A DNA stretch of 18,365 bases from Fidelibacterota bacterium. Its GTDB lineage: Bacteria > Fidelibacterota > Marinisomatia > Marinisomatales > TCS55. The notes under the pieces are model-generated. The model saw only the letters and a program-made list of their open reading frames with translations. It was not told the origin of the DNA and did not search any database. The DNA is taken from NCBI GenBank assembly GCA_027251445.1, contig JAPNQO010000052.1, forward strand, positions 1-18,365. The letters are read 5' to 3'. The first letter of the stretch is position 1. Each line of letters begins with the position of its first letter. Of the stretch, positions 1-9,485 are shown piece after piece. Made by a program: the position numbers and the translations under genes.

Positions 1-1452
1 CGTGCTTCTGGAAGTTTATTTAACGTTCTTTCAGATGGATTTATTAGTGTGAATTTTGGTATGTTTGCTCTTACAACTGTAGTTGTTATTTATGTTGCCT
101 CAGGAGGATTACGATCAGTAGCGTATGTTGATTGCGCACAAGCTATCTTACTAGCTGTTGGAATTGCTATCCTTGGAGGAGTTACGCTCTATTATTTGGG
201 AGGATGGAGTGGTTTTACAACAGGATTAGCAAATATAGTTAGCTCCGATGTTTCTTCAGGACAAAATCTTACACCAGATGGTTATTCGATGAAGGTTGCG
301 ATACCCGGTAGTATACAAATGGTTTCTGCAGGGTCAAAAGCAATGGGTGGCGCATGGACTGGTATCATGTGCATGACATATATGTTTGCCCTCATGGGAA
401 TACAGTCTTCACCGGCCTTTTCTATGTGGGCTTTTGCAAATAAAACTCCTCAAGCTTTTCGTTGGCAACAAGTGATTGCTTCTTCTCTTGTAGTTGGAAT
501 ATTATTGTTCACTTTCACAATATTTCAAGGGTTAGGTGCTCAAGTATTAGTAGATAATGGAATTTTAAATAACATAACTGATAAAAACCTTGTACCTGAA
601 TTAATTAACCTGCTTTCTACATCTGCCCCATGGCTAGTGGGTTTATTAGCAGTTTGTGCTCTTGCTGCAATGCAGAGTACCGGATCTGCATACATGTCTA
701 CATTTAGTGCAATGGTAACCCGTGATATATATGCAAAGTATATTTCACCTAATGCATCTGATAATAATCAAAAAAACATAGGAAGAATTTTTGTAGTTCT
801 TGTTGCAGGAGCAGCATTAATAGTTGCAGCGAATTCAAGTCAAGCGATTGTAATGCTTGGAGGTCTTGCTGTAGCATATGGGTTCCAAATGTACCCAGCT
901 TTGATTGGTATTTGTTATTACAAGGGATTTACTACTAAAGGAGTGGTCTCTGGTCTTATTGTTGGATTAATTGCAGTAACATTAACTGATAAAACTTCAG
1001 CGTGGTTCGGTGTTCCATGGGGTGCATACCCTTTAACTATTCATAGTGCTGGTTGGGGGATATTTTTCAACTTACTAACAACATTTATAGTTTCTAAAAT
1101 TTTTGTCGAATCTGACAGCGAAAAAATAAATAAAGAAAAAAAGCATCAATTATTACAATTAGTTTCAGGCCTCAGTACTGAAAGAAAAAAGAAAGTAAAA
1201 TTGGCTTGGATTCTAACCTTGTTTTGGTTTCTAGTAGGCTTTGGTCCTTTTGCGAGCATTGGTAATACTTTTTTCTCTGACCCAAATAATCCTGCATTAT
1301 GGGCTCCTTTTAATATGCCTTCTCTTTGGGTATGGCAATTAGTATTTTTAGGATATGGTATTTTTGTTATGTGGTTTCTTGCATTCCATATGGGGCTCTC
1401 TGACCCAATCAAAGAAGATAAAATAAAAAAATCTGTTTCCAATATAAATTAA
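1..1452 (+). CDS. Sodium:solute symporter (SSS family), 5'-truncated
   Basis: Frame is open from base 1 (RASGSLFNVLSDG...), so the true start is upstream of the window. Many TM helices and SSS-type motifs YVASGGLRSVAYVDCAQ and ALAAMQST. Ends TAA at 1450-1452. Confidence 0.85.
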   Translation, partial: RASGSLFNVLSDGFISVNFGMFALTTVVVIYVASGGLRSVAYVDCAQAILLAVGIAILGGVTLYYLGGWSGFTTGLANIVSSDVSSGQNLTPDGYSMKVAIPGSIQMVSAGSKAMGGAWTGIMCMTYMFALMGIQSSPAFSMWAFANKTPQAFRWQQVIASSLVVGILLFTFTIFQGLGAQVLVDNGILNNITDKNLVPELINLLSTSAPWLVGLLAVCALAAMQSTGSAYMSTFSAMVTRDIYAKYISPNASDNNQKNIGRIFVVLVAGAALIVAANSSQAIVMLGGLAVAYGFQMYPALIGICYYKGFTTKGVVSGLIVGLIAVTLTDKTSAWFGVPWGAYPLTIHSAGWGIFFNLLTTFIVSKIFVESDSEKINKEKKHQLLQLVSGLSTERKKKVKLAWILTLFWFLVGFGPFASIGNTFFSDPNNPALWAPFNMPSLWVWQLVFLGYGIFVMWFLAFHMGLSDPIKEDKIKKSVSNIN

Positions 1453-1603
1453 TTATTATTAGTATTTTTATCGTTAGTAGCTTTATTTAAAAACTGTTTT
1501 TGAAAATAGGTAGCAAATTGGCAGTAGATGTATTATTTTGCTTAATATAAACTTTTTATTAATTTTGCGCCCAATTAATCATATATGTTAACAAAAATTC
1601 TCT

Positions 1604-1608
1604 AGGAG
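1604..1608 (+). promoter_or_regulatory. Shine-Dalgarno AGGAG for the CDS at 1617
   Basis: AGGAG 8 nt upstream of ATG 1617. Confidence 0.65.
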
Positions 1609-1616
1609 TATATACA

Positions 1617-4190
1617 ATGTATAAAATATTAAATGTTCGTTTATTTACATTACTTTTTATCCTTTTAATTATTGGATGTGGAAAAAAGGAGAAAGAAGTT
1701 GTATTAATTGAACGAGATGGAGTTTCATATGAACAGGGAGCTCAAAAACCATATAGCGGTCCTGCTTCATCTAAATATAGCAATGGTAAAACAAAAACAA
1801 AGGGCCAGTACGTCGATGGAGTACCAAGTGGCGTTTGGAAATTCTGGGATCGAGATGGAGTAGAGTATACAGGCTCAGTCTCTAGATATGTTTTTCATCA
1901 AATTGAAAGTGGCGAAACTCTCCAAAAAATTGCTGATAGATTTGAAGTTAAAGTTAATCAGCTGTATGAATTAAATGAAGACTTGGATAAAAATGCAAAT
2001 GATAAAATCAAAGCAGAACAATTAATTAATATTAAAGAGGTTGATAATTCAGATGGCCAATTTTTAGTCTGGTATGATAAATCAAGAACAAAAATTAAAT
2101 CTCATAAAACATTTAAAAATAGTAAACGTAGTGGAACATGGACTTTTTGGAATGAAAATAGCAATGTTGCAAGAACCATGTCCTATAATGATGGTAAAAA
2201 AGATGGTGACTATGCATTCTATTTTCAAGATGGATCTAAAAAGGAAGAAGGCTCTTGGAAAAATGATAAACGAGATGGTTTGTGGGTTCAAAACTTAAAA
2301 AATGGAAATAAGAAAAAAGAAGGAACATATGTAAACGGTAAGAAAGATGGAGTCTGGACAACATGGAATGAAAAAGAATTAATTTCATCAAAGTATTTGT
2401 ATGAAAATAATCAAGTTATTGATAAGTGGGCTTTTAAATACGCCTTTTATAGTAATGGCAGCGAAAAGTCGCTTAAAAGTACACGTAACAACAAGTTAGA
2501 TGGCGATCAATCTCTATGGTATGAGAACGGCCAGATTAAATCTAACGGTAATTATACTCAAGGATTGGAAGATGGTGATTTTGAACAATGGTATGAAAAT
2601 GGTCAATTAACTTCTAAGAAAACATTTGTAAAAGGCACATTGTCTGGTGAATCTAATACATGGTATGAAAATGGAAATAAGGAAACTATGACAAATTATG
2701 AAAATGGAATAAAAGATGGTGCGTTTACAGATTGGTTTGAAAATGGTCAAATGCGTCAAGAAGGAAAATTTGCAAATGATGAATTTTTCTTATCTACTCG
2801 CTGGAATAAAGAAGGTGGTGTTCTTATAAAAGATGGCAATGGTAAATGGGAAGCTAAAGATTCTAAAGGAAAAAAATTATGGGCAAAAGAATATAATGAT
2901 GGCCGTCTAGTTTCAGATTGGGAGTATAAATACGAATATTTTGATAATGGTAATATTAAAAAAGAACTAAGCTTTCAAAGCGGCAAAGAAGATCAGTCCA
3001 AAACTTTTTTTGAAAATGGAAAAATTAGAGAAGAAGGTGAATGGGTTGAAGGAGAATACCTTATTTCAAATCGTTGGAGTTCAAAAGGTGGTTTAATTAT
3101 TAAAGATGGTCAAGGTAGGATTAAAGGATCTAATAAAGATGGACTTGTACTCTATGAACAAGAGTATGTTGACGGAAAGTTAGAGATGAAATGGGATTAT
3201 AAATATGATTACTTTGATAATGGAGATCTTAAATCTCAAACTGGCTATTCTAATGGATTAAAACATGGAAGATACTCTGTATGGTTCGAAGATGGTAATT
3301 TAAATGAAAGAGGAAAAAACCAAAACGGGAAACCTTTTGGTTTCTATGAGCTTTGGCTAGAAGGTGGTCAAAAACGTGAAGAAGGTCAATGGACCGAAAA
3401 TGGTGATTATCTTATTAATAATCGATGGAATAAACAAGGTGGTGTGCTAATAAAAGATGGGAATGGAAGTTTGATTGGCAAAAATAAAGAAGGTTTGGTG
3501 GTTTGGAAAAAAGAATATATTGATGGGAAATTAGAGTTTGATCAACAGAATAAACATGAATTCTATAGCACTGGCCAAGTCAAATCAGAGACTGGTTACT
3601 TTGAAGGAAAAAAACACGGTTTGTATAAAACGTGGTATGAGAATGGCGAGCAAAAAACACAAGGTAAGTATCAACTTGGAGAAGATTTTGATAGATATGC
3701 AGAGTGGTTTGATAATGGTAATTTGAAAGAGCAAGGTGAATATAGAGATGGTGTTTACTTTATGATAAATCGCCGATCAAAGGGAGGATCTAAATTAGTA
3801 GCAGATGGAAATGGAAGTTGGGTTGGTAGAAATACAGATGGACTAGAGTTATGGAAAAAATTATATACAGATGGTTTACTAGAAAAAGAATGGAATTATG
3901 AGTATGAATATCATCCAAATAAAGAACTTATGTCATCTAAAAGATACCTTAGAGGTACAAAAGATGGTCCATTTATTACTTGGTATGATAATGGTCAAAA
4001 AAGATCAGAGAGTTTTTGGGAGTATGATAAAAAAATAGGTAAGTGGTTAACGTGGTATAGTAATGGACAAGTAGAATCTCAAGGTTCATACGTTGATGAT
4101 AAGAAAGATGGCAGATGGGTTTCGTATAATAAAACGGGAGAAAAAGTATCTGAAGTAGTTTATGCTGCTGGTGAATTATTAAATAATTAA
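1617..4190 (+). CDS. Lipoprotein with LysM domain and many MORN-variant (YwqK-like) repeats
   Basis: Lipobox-like LIIG-C21. LysM-like segment HQIESGETLQKIADRFEVKVNQLYELN...IKAEQLINI (aa ~92-139). Repeated WYENGQ...G.Y.NG..DG units. Confidence 0.8.
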   Translation: MYKILNVRLFTLLFILLIIGCGKKEKEVVLIERDGVSYEQGAQKPYSGPASSKYSNGKTKTKGQYVDGVPSGVWKFWDRDGVEYTGSVSRYVFHQIESGETLQKIADRFEVKVNQLYELNEDLDKNANDKIKAEQLINIKEVDNSDGQFLVWYDKSRTKIKSHKTFKNSKRSGTWTFWNENSNVARTMSYNDGKKDGDYAFYFQDGSKKEEGSWKNDKRDGLWVQNLKNGNKKKEGTYVNGKKDGVWTTWNEKELISSKYLYENNQVIDKWAFKYAFYSNGSEKSLKSTRNNKLDGDQSLWYENGQIKSNGNYTQGLEDGDFEQWYENGQLTSKKTFVKGTLSGESNTWYENGNKETMTNYENGIKDGAFTDWFENGQMRQEGKFANDEFFLSTRWNKEGGVLIKDGNGKWEAKDSKGKKLWAKEYNDGRLVSDWEYKYEYFDNGNIKKELSFQSGKEDQSKTFFENGKIREEGEWVEGEYLISNRWSSKGGLIIKDGQGRIKGSNKDGLVLYEQEYVDGKLEMKWDYKYDYFDNGDLKSQTGYSNGLKHGRYSVWFEDGNLNERGKNQNGKPFGFYELWLEGGQKREEGQWTENGDYLINNRWNKQGGVLIKDGNGSLIGKNKEGLVVWKKEYIDGKLEFDQQNKHEFYSTGQVKSETGYFEGKKHGLYKTWYENGEQKTQGKYQLGEDFDRYAEWFDNGNLKEQGEYRDGVYFMINRRSKGGSKLVADGNGSWVGRNTDGLELWKKLYTDGLLEKEWNYEYEYHPNKELMSSKRYLRGTKDGPFITWYDNGQKRSESFWEYDKKIGKWLTWYSNGQVESQGSYVDDKKDGRWVSYNKTGEKVSEVVYAAGELLNN
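2799..3935 (+). repeat. Four protein-level super-repeats within the MORN protein
   Basis: Motif R(W)xKxGGxLIKDGNG...EYxDGxL...YEYF begins at 2799, 3072, 3423 and 3771 (spacing 91, 117 and 116 aa). Confidence 0.75.
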
Positions 4191-4205
4191 TTGCATTATT
4201 CTTTT

Positions 4206-4234
4206 AAAAACCCCGCATAGCGGGGTTTTTTTTT
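4206..4234 (+). terminator. Rho-independent terminator (possibly bidirectional)
   Basis: AAAAACCCCGC-ATA-GCGGGGTTTTTTTTT, a perfect GC stem plus U-tract about 15 nt after the stop at 4190. Confidence 0.9.
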
Positions 4235-4278
4235 AATTTAATTTGTAGTAATTATTTTATTTACATTAATTGTTAATT

Positions 4279-5580
4279 ATGAAAGCCAAAATTAATATAA
4301 ATACACGATTTGACTCATTTCAAAAATATAGTCTCTATCAAAGTCTAGATAGAGAATCTAGAAATGAAATAAAAGATATTGGTATAGAATACAAGCTTAC
4401 TTTTCAAGAGTTGAAACAGTTGACAGATATGGCTGTAGATTTTAAAATGTGGGAAGAGCCAGGTATTGGTATTCAATGGAAACTATATTCTAAATCATTG
4501 AATCAATCAAATAAGATATTTAATAAAACAGTGCTGAAATCCATAAAAAATCACTGGCAAACTCTTAAAGAAGATGAAACTAAATATGAAACAAAAAGCA
4601 AACGCAACTATAAAAGTACTGTTAGAAAAATAAAAGAAATAAATGGAGAAAATGAAGTTTTTGGGATGTGTCCTGTGGCATCTGAAAAAACTGTTTGTTG
4701 TAACCTAAGAACTATAGACGTAGCTCAAGGTTGTGGCTTAGGGTGTAGTTATTGTAGTATTCAAACATTTTATGAAGATGGTGCTATCGCAGTAGAGAAA
4801 AATTTAGAAGATAAACTTGCATCAATAAAATTAGATCCAAATAAAAACTATCATATTGGATCTGGGCAATCTTCAGATTCGCTTGCATTAGGTAATAAAA
4901 ATGGAATATTGGATGCTCAGTTAGATTTTGCATCTAATAATCCAAATATTATTCTTGAGTTTAAAACTAAGTCAAAAAATATAAATCATTTTTTAAATGT
5001 AAAAATGCCTAACAATGTTTTTATTAGTTGGTCATTGAACCCGCAGCTATTTATTGATAATGAAGAAGCTCGTACAGCATCATTAAAACAACGTTTAAAA
5101 TCTGCTCGTATTTTATCAGATAAAGGAATATTGGTTGGATTTCATTTCCATCCTCTTGTCCATTATCAAGGTTGGGAGAAAGATTATAAAAAGTTAATAG
5201 GTAACCTAATGGATATGTTTTCTCCAAATGAGATTGGACTGATTTCATTTGGAACATTGACTTTTATTAAACCAGCAATTAAATCGCTTAGACAAATAGG
5301 AACTAAAAGTAAAATCCTACAAATACCTTTTGAAGAAGCAGCCGGTAAAATTTCATATCCAATGGAAACAAAGAAAAAAATCTTTTCAGAAGTTTGGGAC
5401 TCATTTACCCCATGGCATGATAAAGTATTCTTCTATTTTTGTATGGAAGATAAAGAATTATGGAATCATGTATTTGGAAAATGTTATAAATCAAATGATG
5501 ATTTTGAAACAGATTTGTTTGATAGTGTAAAAAGAAAATTGGAATTAAATGATCCTATTAAAATTAATAAGACCTTTTAA
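4279..5580 (+). CDS. Spore photoproduct lyase-like radical SAM protein
   Basis: CxxxCxxC (CGLGCSYC, 4732-4755) plus SplB-family-like motifs SSDSLAL, LEFKTKS, SWSLNP and GFHFHPL. ATG 4279 preferred over TTG 4270. Confidence 0.75.
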   Translation: MKAKININTRFDSFQKYSLYQSLDRESRNEIKDIGIEYKLTFQELKQLTDMAVDFKMWEEPGIGIQWKLYSKSLNQSNKIFNKTVLKSIKNHWQTLKEDETKYETKSKRNYKSTVRKIKEINGENEVFGMCPVASEKTVCCNLRTIDVAQGCGLGCSYCSIQTFYEDGAIAVEKNLEDKLASIKLDPNKNYHIGSGQSSDSLALGNKNGILDAQLDFASNNPNIILEFKTKSKNINHFLNVKMPNNVFISWSLNPQLFIDNEEARTASLKQRLKSARILSDKGILVGFHFHPLVHYQGWEKDYKKLIGNLMDMFSPNEIGLISFGTLTFIKPAIKSLRQIGTKSKILQIPFEEAAGKISYPMETKKKIFSEVWDSFTPWHDKVFFYFCMEDKELWNHVFGKCYKSNDDFETDLFDSVKRKLELNDPIKINKTF

Positions 5581-5637
5581 TTAAATTTTGAAGTCGTATA
5601 GTATAAATCTTTTTTGTTTACTACAATTTTTAATTAA

Positions 5638-7362
5638 GTGAAACATGGTGGTGAAGTTGTTGCATCCACTTTAATGCAACACAATATAAAATATATTTTC
5701 ACTCTTTGTGGTGGCCATATTTCACCAATACTGGTTGCTTGTAAACAAAATAATATAAAAGTAATTGATGTTCGTCATGAGGTTACAGCTGTTTTTGCTG
5801 CAGATGCAATCTCACGTTTATCACCAGCTATTGGAGTAGCAGCTGTAACAGCAGGTCCTGGTTTAACCAACACCTTAACTGCTGTAAAGAATCTTCAAAT
5901 GGCCCAAGTACCAGTATTATTAATTTGTGGAGCAACTGCAACAATTTTAAAAAACAGAGGTAGTCTGCAAGATATTGATCAAATAGGAATGATGAAATCA
6001 TTAACAAAATATCAAGCTGTAATTAAAAAAGGTAAAAATATATCGGATGAATTAAATAAAGCAATCATCATTGCTCAATCAGATGTACCAGGTCCAGTAT
6101 TTATTGAATTTCCACTTGATGTATTATACCCCAAAGATATGGTTTATGATTTGTATGGACTAAATAAGATCACTCGAAAGACGCCATGGTTTGAAAAAAA
6201 ATATTTACAAATAAATTTTAATAGAATTTTTAATGACTTTAATAAAAAACCTTTACCGGTACCTAAAATCACTTACTCCAAAATTTCTTCAAATAAATTA
6301 CTAAATTGTTTAGATCTTATAGTAAAAGCAAGAAGACCACTATTATTAATCGGTAGTCAAGCAATGCTTGATATTTTAAACATCAAAAAAATATCAAAAC
6401 AATTATCCTCAATAGATATACCAATATTTACTTCAGGAATGGCTCGCGGATTATTATCAAATGAAGAAATCAAAATTTTTCGACATAAAAGAACACAAGC
6501 TTTGAATGAATCTGATTTAGTCATATTAGCTGGAGTTCCATGTGATTTTAGATTGGGATATGGTAAACAAATTAATAGAAATGCAAACATCATTGCCATT
6601 AATCGGAATCGCAAAGATCTATATTTAAATATAAAACCAACCCTTGCAATTCAATCTGATCCTGGAGATTCTATTTTTAAAATTTCAGAAAAATTAAGCA
6701 AGAAGAAATTAGATATGTCTATTTGGCTGGATAACTTAAGAACTAGAGAAAATAAACGTGAAAATCAAATTGAAGAGCAGTCTAATCTTAAAACAGACTA
6801 TGTAAATCCTATGAAACTGTTTAAAACTGTTAATAATCATATAGAAAAAAATGATATCATAGTTGCAGACGGGGGGGACTTCGTAGCAACTGCATCTTAT
6901 ATTTTACAACCAAGATTTCACTTAGGCTGGCTTGACCCTGGTCCATTTGGAACCTTAGGCGTTGGTGCAGGTTTTATTCTTGGTAGTAAGCTTGCCTATC
7001 CTGATTCAATTATTTGGGGTATATATGGGGATGGTGCATTTGGATATAGTATGATAGAGTTCGATACATTTTATCGTCATAAGATTCCTTTAATTGCAAT
7101 TGTTGGCAATGATGGAGGTTGGACTCAAATTGCTAGAGATCAAATAGAGATATTTAAAGATCCAGTTGCAACAGAATTAGGATATACAAATTATCATGAA
7201 GTAATAGATAAATTAGGTGGAGTAGGATATGAAATTACAGAAAATGATGAAGTGAATAATGTCATCATTGAAGCAAAGGAAAATGCAAAACTAGGAAAAA
7301 GTGTACTTATAAATGTGAAAATAGGAAAAACAGACTTTAGAAAGGGTTCAATATCAGTATAA
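5638..7362 (+). CDS. ThDP-dependent acetolactate-synthase-like enzyme (ILVBL / 2-hydroxyacyl-CoA lyase-like)
   Basis: FTLCGGHISP, DVRHE (catalytic Glu), TAGPG, DGGDFVATASY, WLDPGPFGTLGVG and the ThDP motif GDGAFG...GND. GTG start. Confidence 0.85.
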   Translation: MKHGGEVVASTLMQHNIKYIFTLCGGHISPILVACKQNNIKVIDVRHEVTAVFAADAISRLSPAIGVAAVTAGPGLTNTLTAVKNLQMAQVPVLLICGATATILKNRGSLQDIDQIGMMKSLTKYQAVIKKGKNISDELNKAIIIAQSDVPGPVFIEFPLDVLYPKDMVYDLYGLNKITRKTPWFEKKYLQINFNRIFNDFNKKPLPVPKITYSKISSNKLLNCLDLIVKARRPLLLIGSQAMLDILNIKKISKQLSSIDIPIFTSGMARGLLSNEEIKIFRHKRTQALNESDLVILAGVPCDFRLGYGKQINRNANIIAINRNRKDLYLNIKPTLAIQSDPGDSIFKISEKLSKKKLDMSIWLDNLRTRENKRENQIEEQSNLKTDYVNPMKLFKTVNNHIEKNDIIVADGGDFVATASYILQPRFHLGWLDPGPFGTLGVGAGFILGSKLAYPDSIIWGIYGDGAFGYSMIEFDTFYRHKIPLIAIVGNDGGWTQIARDQIEIFKDPVATELGYTNYHEVIDKLGGVGYEITENDEVNNVIIEAKENAKLGKSVLINVKIGKTDFRKGSISV

Positions 7363-9455
7363 TGAATAAGAAAATATTATTATTATTATTTCATACTATC
7401 ATATTAGGTCAAGGATCTATTACGGTATATGATCAAAAATATAAGGTAGAAATAACAAGAGATGAATGGGGAGTCCCCCATGTTCACGGAAAAACTGATG
7501 CAGATGCAGCTTTTGGATTAGCATATGCTCATGCCCAAGATGATTTTGAAACTATTCAAGATGTACTAATTGCTGCTAGGGGGAAATTATCTGAGTTTTA
7601 TGGTATAAAACTAAAATCTTTTAAAGGACTATTTAAATTACTTAAAGGAGATTTATCGGATATAGATGGGCTACAAAATGTTGCGAATGATTATTTCGTA
7701 AATGTAGTTGGAATATGGGAAAATTTAGATAAAAGGTATCTTGATGAAGTTCCATCAGATGTGAGAAGTGTATGTGATGGTTATGCTGCGGGAATTAATA
7801 AATATGCAAAGGATAATCCAAAATCTATATATAAAAAGTTATATCCATTAAAAGGTGTGGATATAGTAGCTGGTTTCATGCACAGAACTCCATTATTTTA
7901 TGGAATGGGTGGAGTATTAAGAAAATTATTAGAATCAAAACCGCCTACACTGATTGGACATAAATCAAATGATGATAAGGACAAAATGCAAATGCACGCT
8001 AGCAATGTTTTTGCGGTTAGTCCAAATAGAAGTTCAGATGGTTATACTCGATTAATGGTCAATAGTCATCAGCCTTGGTCTGGTCCTGTAGCTTGGTATG
8101 AAGCACATATCTCAAGTGATGATGGTTGGGATATAATTACTGGTTTATTTCCTGGGTCTCCAGTAGGGCTTGTAGGCCATAATCCTGACTTAGGCTGGAG
8201 CCATACAGTAAATGATCCTGATCTCGTTGATGTATTTCGATTAAAGATTAATCCAAATAACGAAAATCAATATTATTTTGATGGTGAATGGATTGATCTT
8301 TCAATAAAGAAAATTAAAATTAAGGTAAAAGTACTTGGTATTTTTTCTTGGAAAGTTAAACGAGTTCTATATAATTCAATACATGGACCAGTATTAAAGA
8401 CTGATCATGGAACATATGCTATACGATATGCTTCAATGGGCGATGTAAGATTAGTTGAACAATGGTATCGAATGAATCGTTCTCGTAATCTCTCTGAATT
8501 CAAACAAGCAATGTCAATTCATGCAATTCCAATGTTTAATACTGGATATGCAGATAAATCTGGTAATATTTATTATGTATATAATGCAAGAATTCCAAAA
8601 AGACACCCGGATTTGAATTGGAACAAAGTTGTTCCTGGCGATAAATCAATTTATTTATGGAATGAGTATATACCATATGATGAATTGCCTCAAATTGAAA
8701 ATCCGCCTGGTGGATTTATATATAGTTGTAATAATACACCATATCTTTGTACTGATGATCCAAAAGATTTTCCTAATCGCCTACCAGAAAATACGGGTAT
8801 AGATACACATCAAACTAATAGAGCATTAAGAGCGTTAGAATTATATGGAAAAGATAAAAATATTTCACGTGATGAGTTTTTATCTTATAAATATGATAAA
8901 CAATATTCTAAAGACTCTCATATAGCAAACGTATTAGAAAAATTTATTATAGATTCAAAAGATATTGTAACTGATCTGAAACCAGCGATTAATTTATTAA
9001 AAAACTGGGATTTATCTGGAGAAGAGGATAACAGAGAAGCTGCATTAGGTTTTTTGACATTCCGACATATTGGTTTTAACCCTGAGGAATACACTTATGA
9101 CTATGATAAAATTGTCGAAAAATTAGAAGATGGAGTAAAGTTTTTAACTGAAAATTATGGAAAGATTGATGTCCCTCTTGGAACTGTTCAAAGGCTAAAA
9201 CATGGTAGTGCTAATCTTCCACTTGGTGGTGGACCAGATATGCTACGTGCTATTTACACAAGAAATAATGATAATATCATGAAAGGGGTGGCAGGCGACT
9301 GTTATATCCAATTTATTGAATGGGATCCTGAAGGTAATATTTATTCTGAAAGTATCCATCAATTTGGAGCTAGTACTTTAGATAAGGATTCGAAACACTT
9401 TAATGATCAAGCGAAACTATTCTCAAAGGAACTTATGAAGCCTATGAGAAAATAA
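7362..9455 (+). CDS. Penicillin acylase family (peptidase S45) Ntn hydrolase, exported
   Basis: N-terminal signal-like peptide, ITRDEWGVPHV, AFGLAYAHAQD, beta-subunit nucleophile in A|SNVFAV, NSHQPW, WYEAH. TAATG overlap with the upstream stop. Confidence 0.9.
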   Translation: MNKKILLLLFHTIILGQGSITVYDQKYKVEITRDEWGVPHVHGKTDADAAFGLAYAHAQDDFETIQDVLIAARGKLSEFYGIKLKSFKGLFKLLKGDLSDIDGLQNVANDYFVNVVGIWENLDKRYLDEVPSDVRSVCDGYAAGINKYAKDNPKSIYKKLYPLKGVDIVAGFMHRTPLFYGMGGVLRKLLESKPPTLIGHKSNDDKDKMQMHASNVFAVSPNRSSDGYTRLMVNSHQPWSGPVAWYEAHISSDDGWDIITGLFPGSPVGLVGHNPDLGWSHTVNDPDLVDVFRLKINPNNENQYYFDGEWIDLSIKKIKIKVKVLGIFSWKVKRVLYNSIHGPVLKTDHGTYAIRYASMGDVRLVEQWYRMNRSRNLSEFKQAMSIHAIPMFNTGYADKSGNIYYVYNARIPKRHPDLNWNKVVPGDKSIYLWNEYIPYDELPQIENPPGGFIYSCNNTPYLCTDDPKDFPNRLPENTGIDTHQTNRALRALELYGKDKNISRDEFLSYKYDKQYSKDSHIANVLEKFIIDSKDIVTDLKPAINLLKNWDLSGEEDNREAALGFLTFRHIGFNPEEYTYDYDKIVEKLEDGVKFLTENYGKIDVPLGTVQRLKHGSANLPLGGGPDMLRAIYTRNNDNIMKGVAGDCYIQFIEWDPEGNIYSESIHQFGASTLDKDSKHFNDQAKLFSKELMKPMRK

Positions 9456-9485
9456 AATAGTATCTATTTCATCAGCAGGCATGTT

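Noticed and set aside
1617..4190. Toxin-antitoxin (YwqK) or defence system
   Set aside because: No adjacent toxin gene. The similarity reflects only generic MORN-variant repeats.
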